Under the pieces are notes generated by a model. It was not told the origin of the DNA. It made no database searches and worked only from the letters and a program-made list of their open reading frames with translations. This document shows, in pieces, positions 62,901 to 64,000 of a DNA stretch of 64,000 bases. Position 1 is the stretch's first letter. Each line of letters opens with the position of its first letter. The translations under genes and the position numbers were made by a program. Source of the DNA: Tubiluchus corallicola (lineage: Eukaryota; Animalia; Priapulida); assembly GCA_030141605.1 (NCBI GenBank), contig JAQGDQ010000757.1, forward strand, positions 37,364-101,363. The letters are read 5' to 3'.

Positions 62901-64000
62901 GATGTTGAGCTTGAAATAACATCTGCTGAGGCAGAAGTTGTCCTTTCTGATGCTGAACTGCCTCAACTGGTTATTGCTGGTGAGGATATTGAACAGGTAT
63001 CCAAAGATGTTGTCGAAGAGCTTGATGATATTCCTGATTTGGTTGCTGTAGACGAATCTGTTGATGTTATTTTGGATGATGCTACCTTAATGCCCAAAGA
63101 TGTTCAGCTTGAAATAACATCTGCTGAGGCAGAACAGGTTGTCCTGTCTGATGTTGAACTACCTGAACTGGTTATCGCTGGTGAGGATATTGAACAAGTA
63201 ACCAGAGAACTTGTCAAAGAGCATGATGACATTCCTGATTTGGTTACCGTGGACAAATCGGTTGCTGTTATTTTAGATGATGCTACCTTAATGCCCAAAG
63301 ATGTTGAGCTTGAAATAACATCTGCTGAGGCAGAACAGGTTGTCCTTTCTGATGCTAAACAGCCTGAGTTGGTTAGTACTGGCGAAGATATTGAACAAGT
63401 AACCAAAGAAGTTGTCGAAGAGCGTGATGACATTCCTGATTTGGTTCTTGCGGCCGAATCACTTGATGTTATTTCAGATGATGCTACCTTAATGCCCAAA
63501 GATGTACAGCTTGAACTAACATCTACTGAGGCAGAACAGGCTGTCCTGTCTGATGCTGAACTGCCTCAACTGGTTATTGCTGGTGAGGATATTGAACAAG
63601 TAACCAAAGATGTTGTCGAAGAGCTTGATGACATTCCTGATTTGGTTACCGTGGACGAATCACTTGATGTTATTTTGGATGATGCTACCTTGATGCCCAA
63701 AGATGTTGAGCTTGAAATAATAGCTCGTGAACTGCAGCCTGAGGCTGAACATGTGGTTCTGTCTGATGTTGAACTGCCTGAACTGGTTAGTGCTGCTGAG
63801 GATATTGAACAAGTAACCAAAGATGTTGCTGAAGAGCTTGATGACATTCCTGATTTGGTTACTGTGGACGAATCAGTTGATGTTATTTTAGATGATGCTA
63901 CCTTAATGCCCAAAGATGTTGAGCTTGAAATAACATCTGCTGAGGCAGAACAGGTTGTCCTGTCTGATGCTGAACTGCCTCAACTGGTTATCGCTGGTGA
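50955..64000 (+). CDS. SYNE1: Giant exon (at least 13 kb, about 4,350 codons) with coding tandem arrays; three apparent +1 assembly errors
   Basis: tttcag acceptor in phase 0. The frame is open except for +1 breaks at 54097, about 56211 and about 56573, and runs off the window end. Confidence 0.8.
52332..55686 (+). repeat. Coding array A: 28-29 aa monomers forming an 86-aa (258-bp) higher-order repeat
   Basis: MPKEVELELAATELENAVDQVTSPRHVSL / MSKEFDLELAAAELPTDVELPVLSEDML / MPAELNLDLAVAEQPTEGDHVVLFENETL; spacing 53237 to 53495 = 258 bp. Confidence 0.95.
55687..64000 (+). repeat. Coding array B: about 40 units of 198/201/213 bp (66/67/71 aa)
   Basis: MPKDVELEITSAEAEQVVLSDVELPELVIAGEDIEQVTKDVVEELDDIPDLVAVDESVDVILDDATL; ATG spacing 56294 to 56495 = 201 bp. 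Confidence 0.95.

Larger units (their letters stand above)
518..64000 (+). other. SYNE1: Giant nesprin-1/Msp300-like gene (partial; 51 coding exons in window, both ends outside)
   Basis: CH2 domain (DFGPSWRDGMAFCALVH...LLDPEDVDVSKPDEKSIMTYV) is followed by nesprin-1-type segments WRFRLDSTLPGTLGHIGVWVNQAE, FFGDVAKWIKHH..FNDTG..L..TC and GEKLYSNTNPSGCEVISQQL. All 50 introns join in a consistent phase. No KASH domain lies in the window. Confidence 0.88.

Noticed and set aside
55644-63913. Many long minus-strand Ser/Thr-rich ORFs (MGIKVASSKIT...)
   Set aside because: Antisense shadows of the GAN/GTN-rich sense frame. They are broken by stops wherever the sense codons vary, and have no splice context.
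52332-64000. Array resembling CRISPR or satellite DNA
   Set aside because: No unique spacers, no cas genes, eukaryotic intron-exon context, and unit lengths preserve a reading frame.

Overview
This is AT-rich eukaryotic (invertebrate-animal-like) genomic DNA. The whole window lies inside one giant + strand gene, a nesprin-1/SYNE1/Msp300-type spectrin-repeat protein. I reconstructed 51 coding exons by hand with consistent splice phases, about 25.1 kb of CDS or about 8,400 codons; both gene ends lie outside the window. The exons encode, in order: the second calponin-homology domain, about 3,000 aa of spectrin repeats, two large acidic phase-0/0 exons, and a giant exon of at least 13 kb (50955 to beyond 64000). 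The giant exon carries polybasic clusters and two coding tandem arrays, an 86-aa higher-order repeat followed by about 40 copies of a 66/67/71-aa acidic-aliphatic unit. Three +1 frame breaks in it look like assembly-consensus errors. The first intron seen is a GC-AG intron. Introns contain a truncated Ty3/Gypsy element, CR1 and RTE LINE remnants, several MITE families, hairpins and microsatellites. No rRNA, true tRNA or CRISPR was found. The species cannot be determined from the sequence alone.
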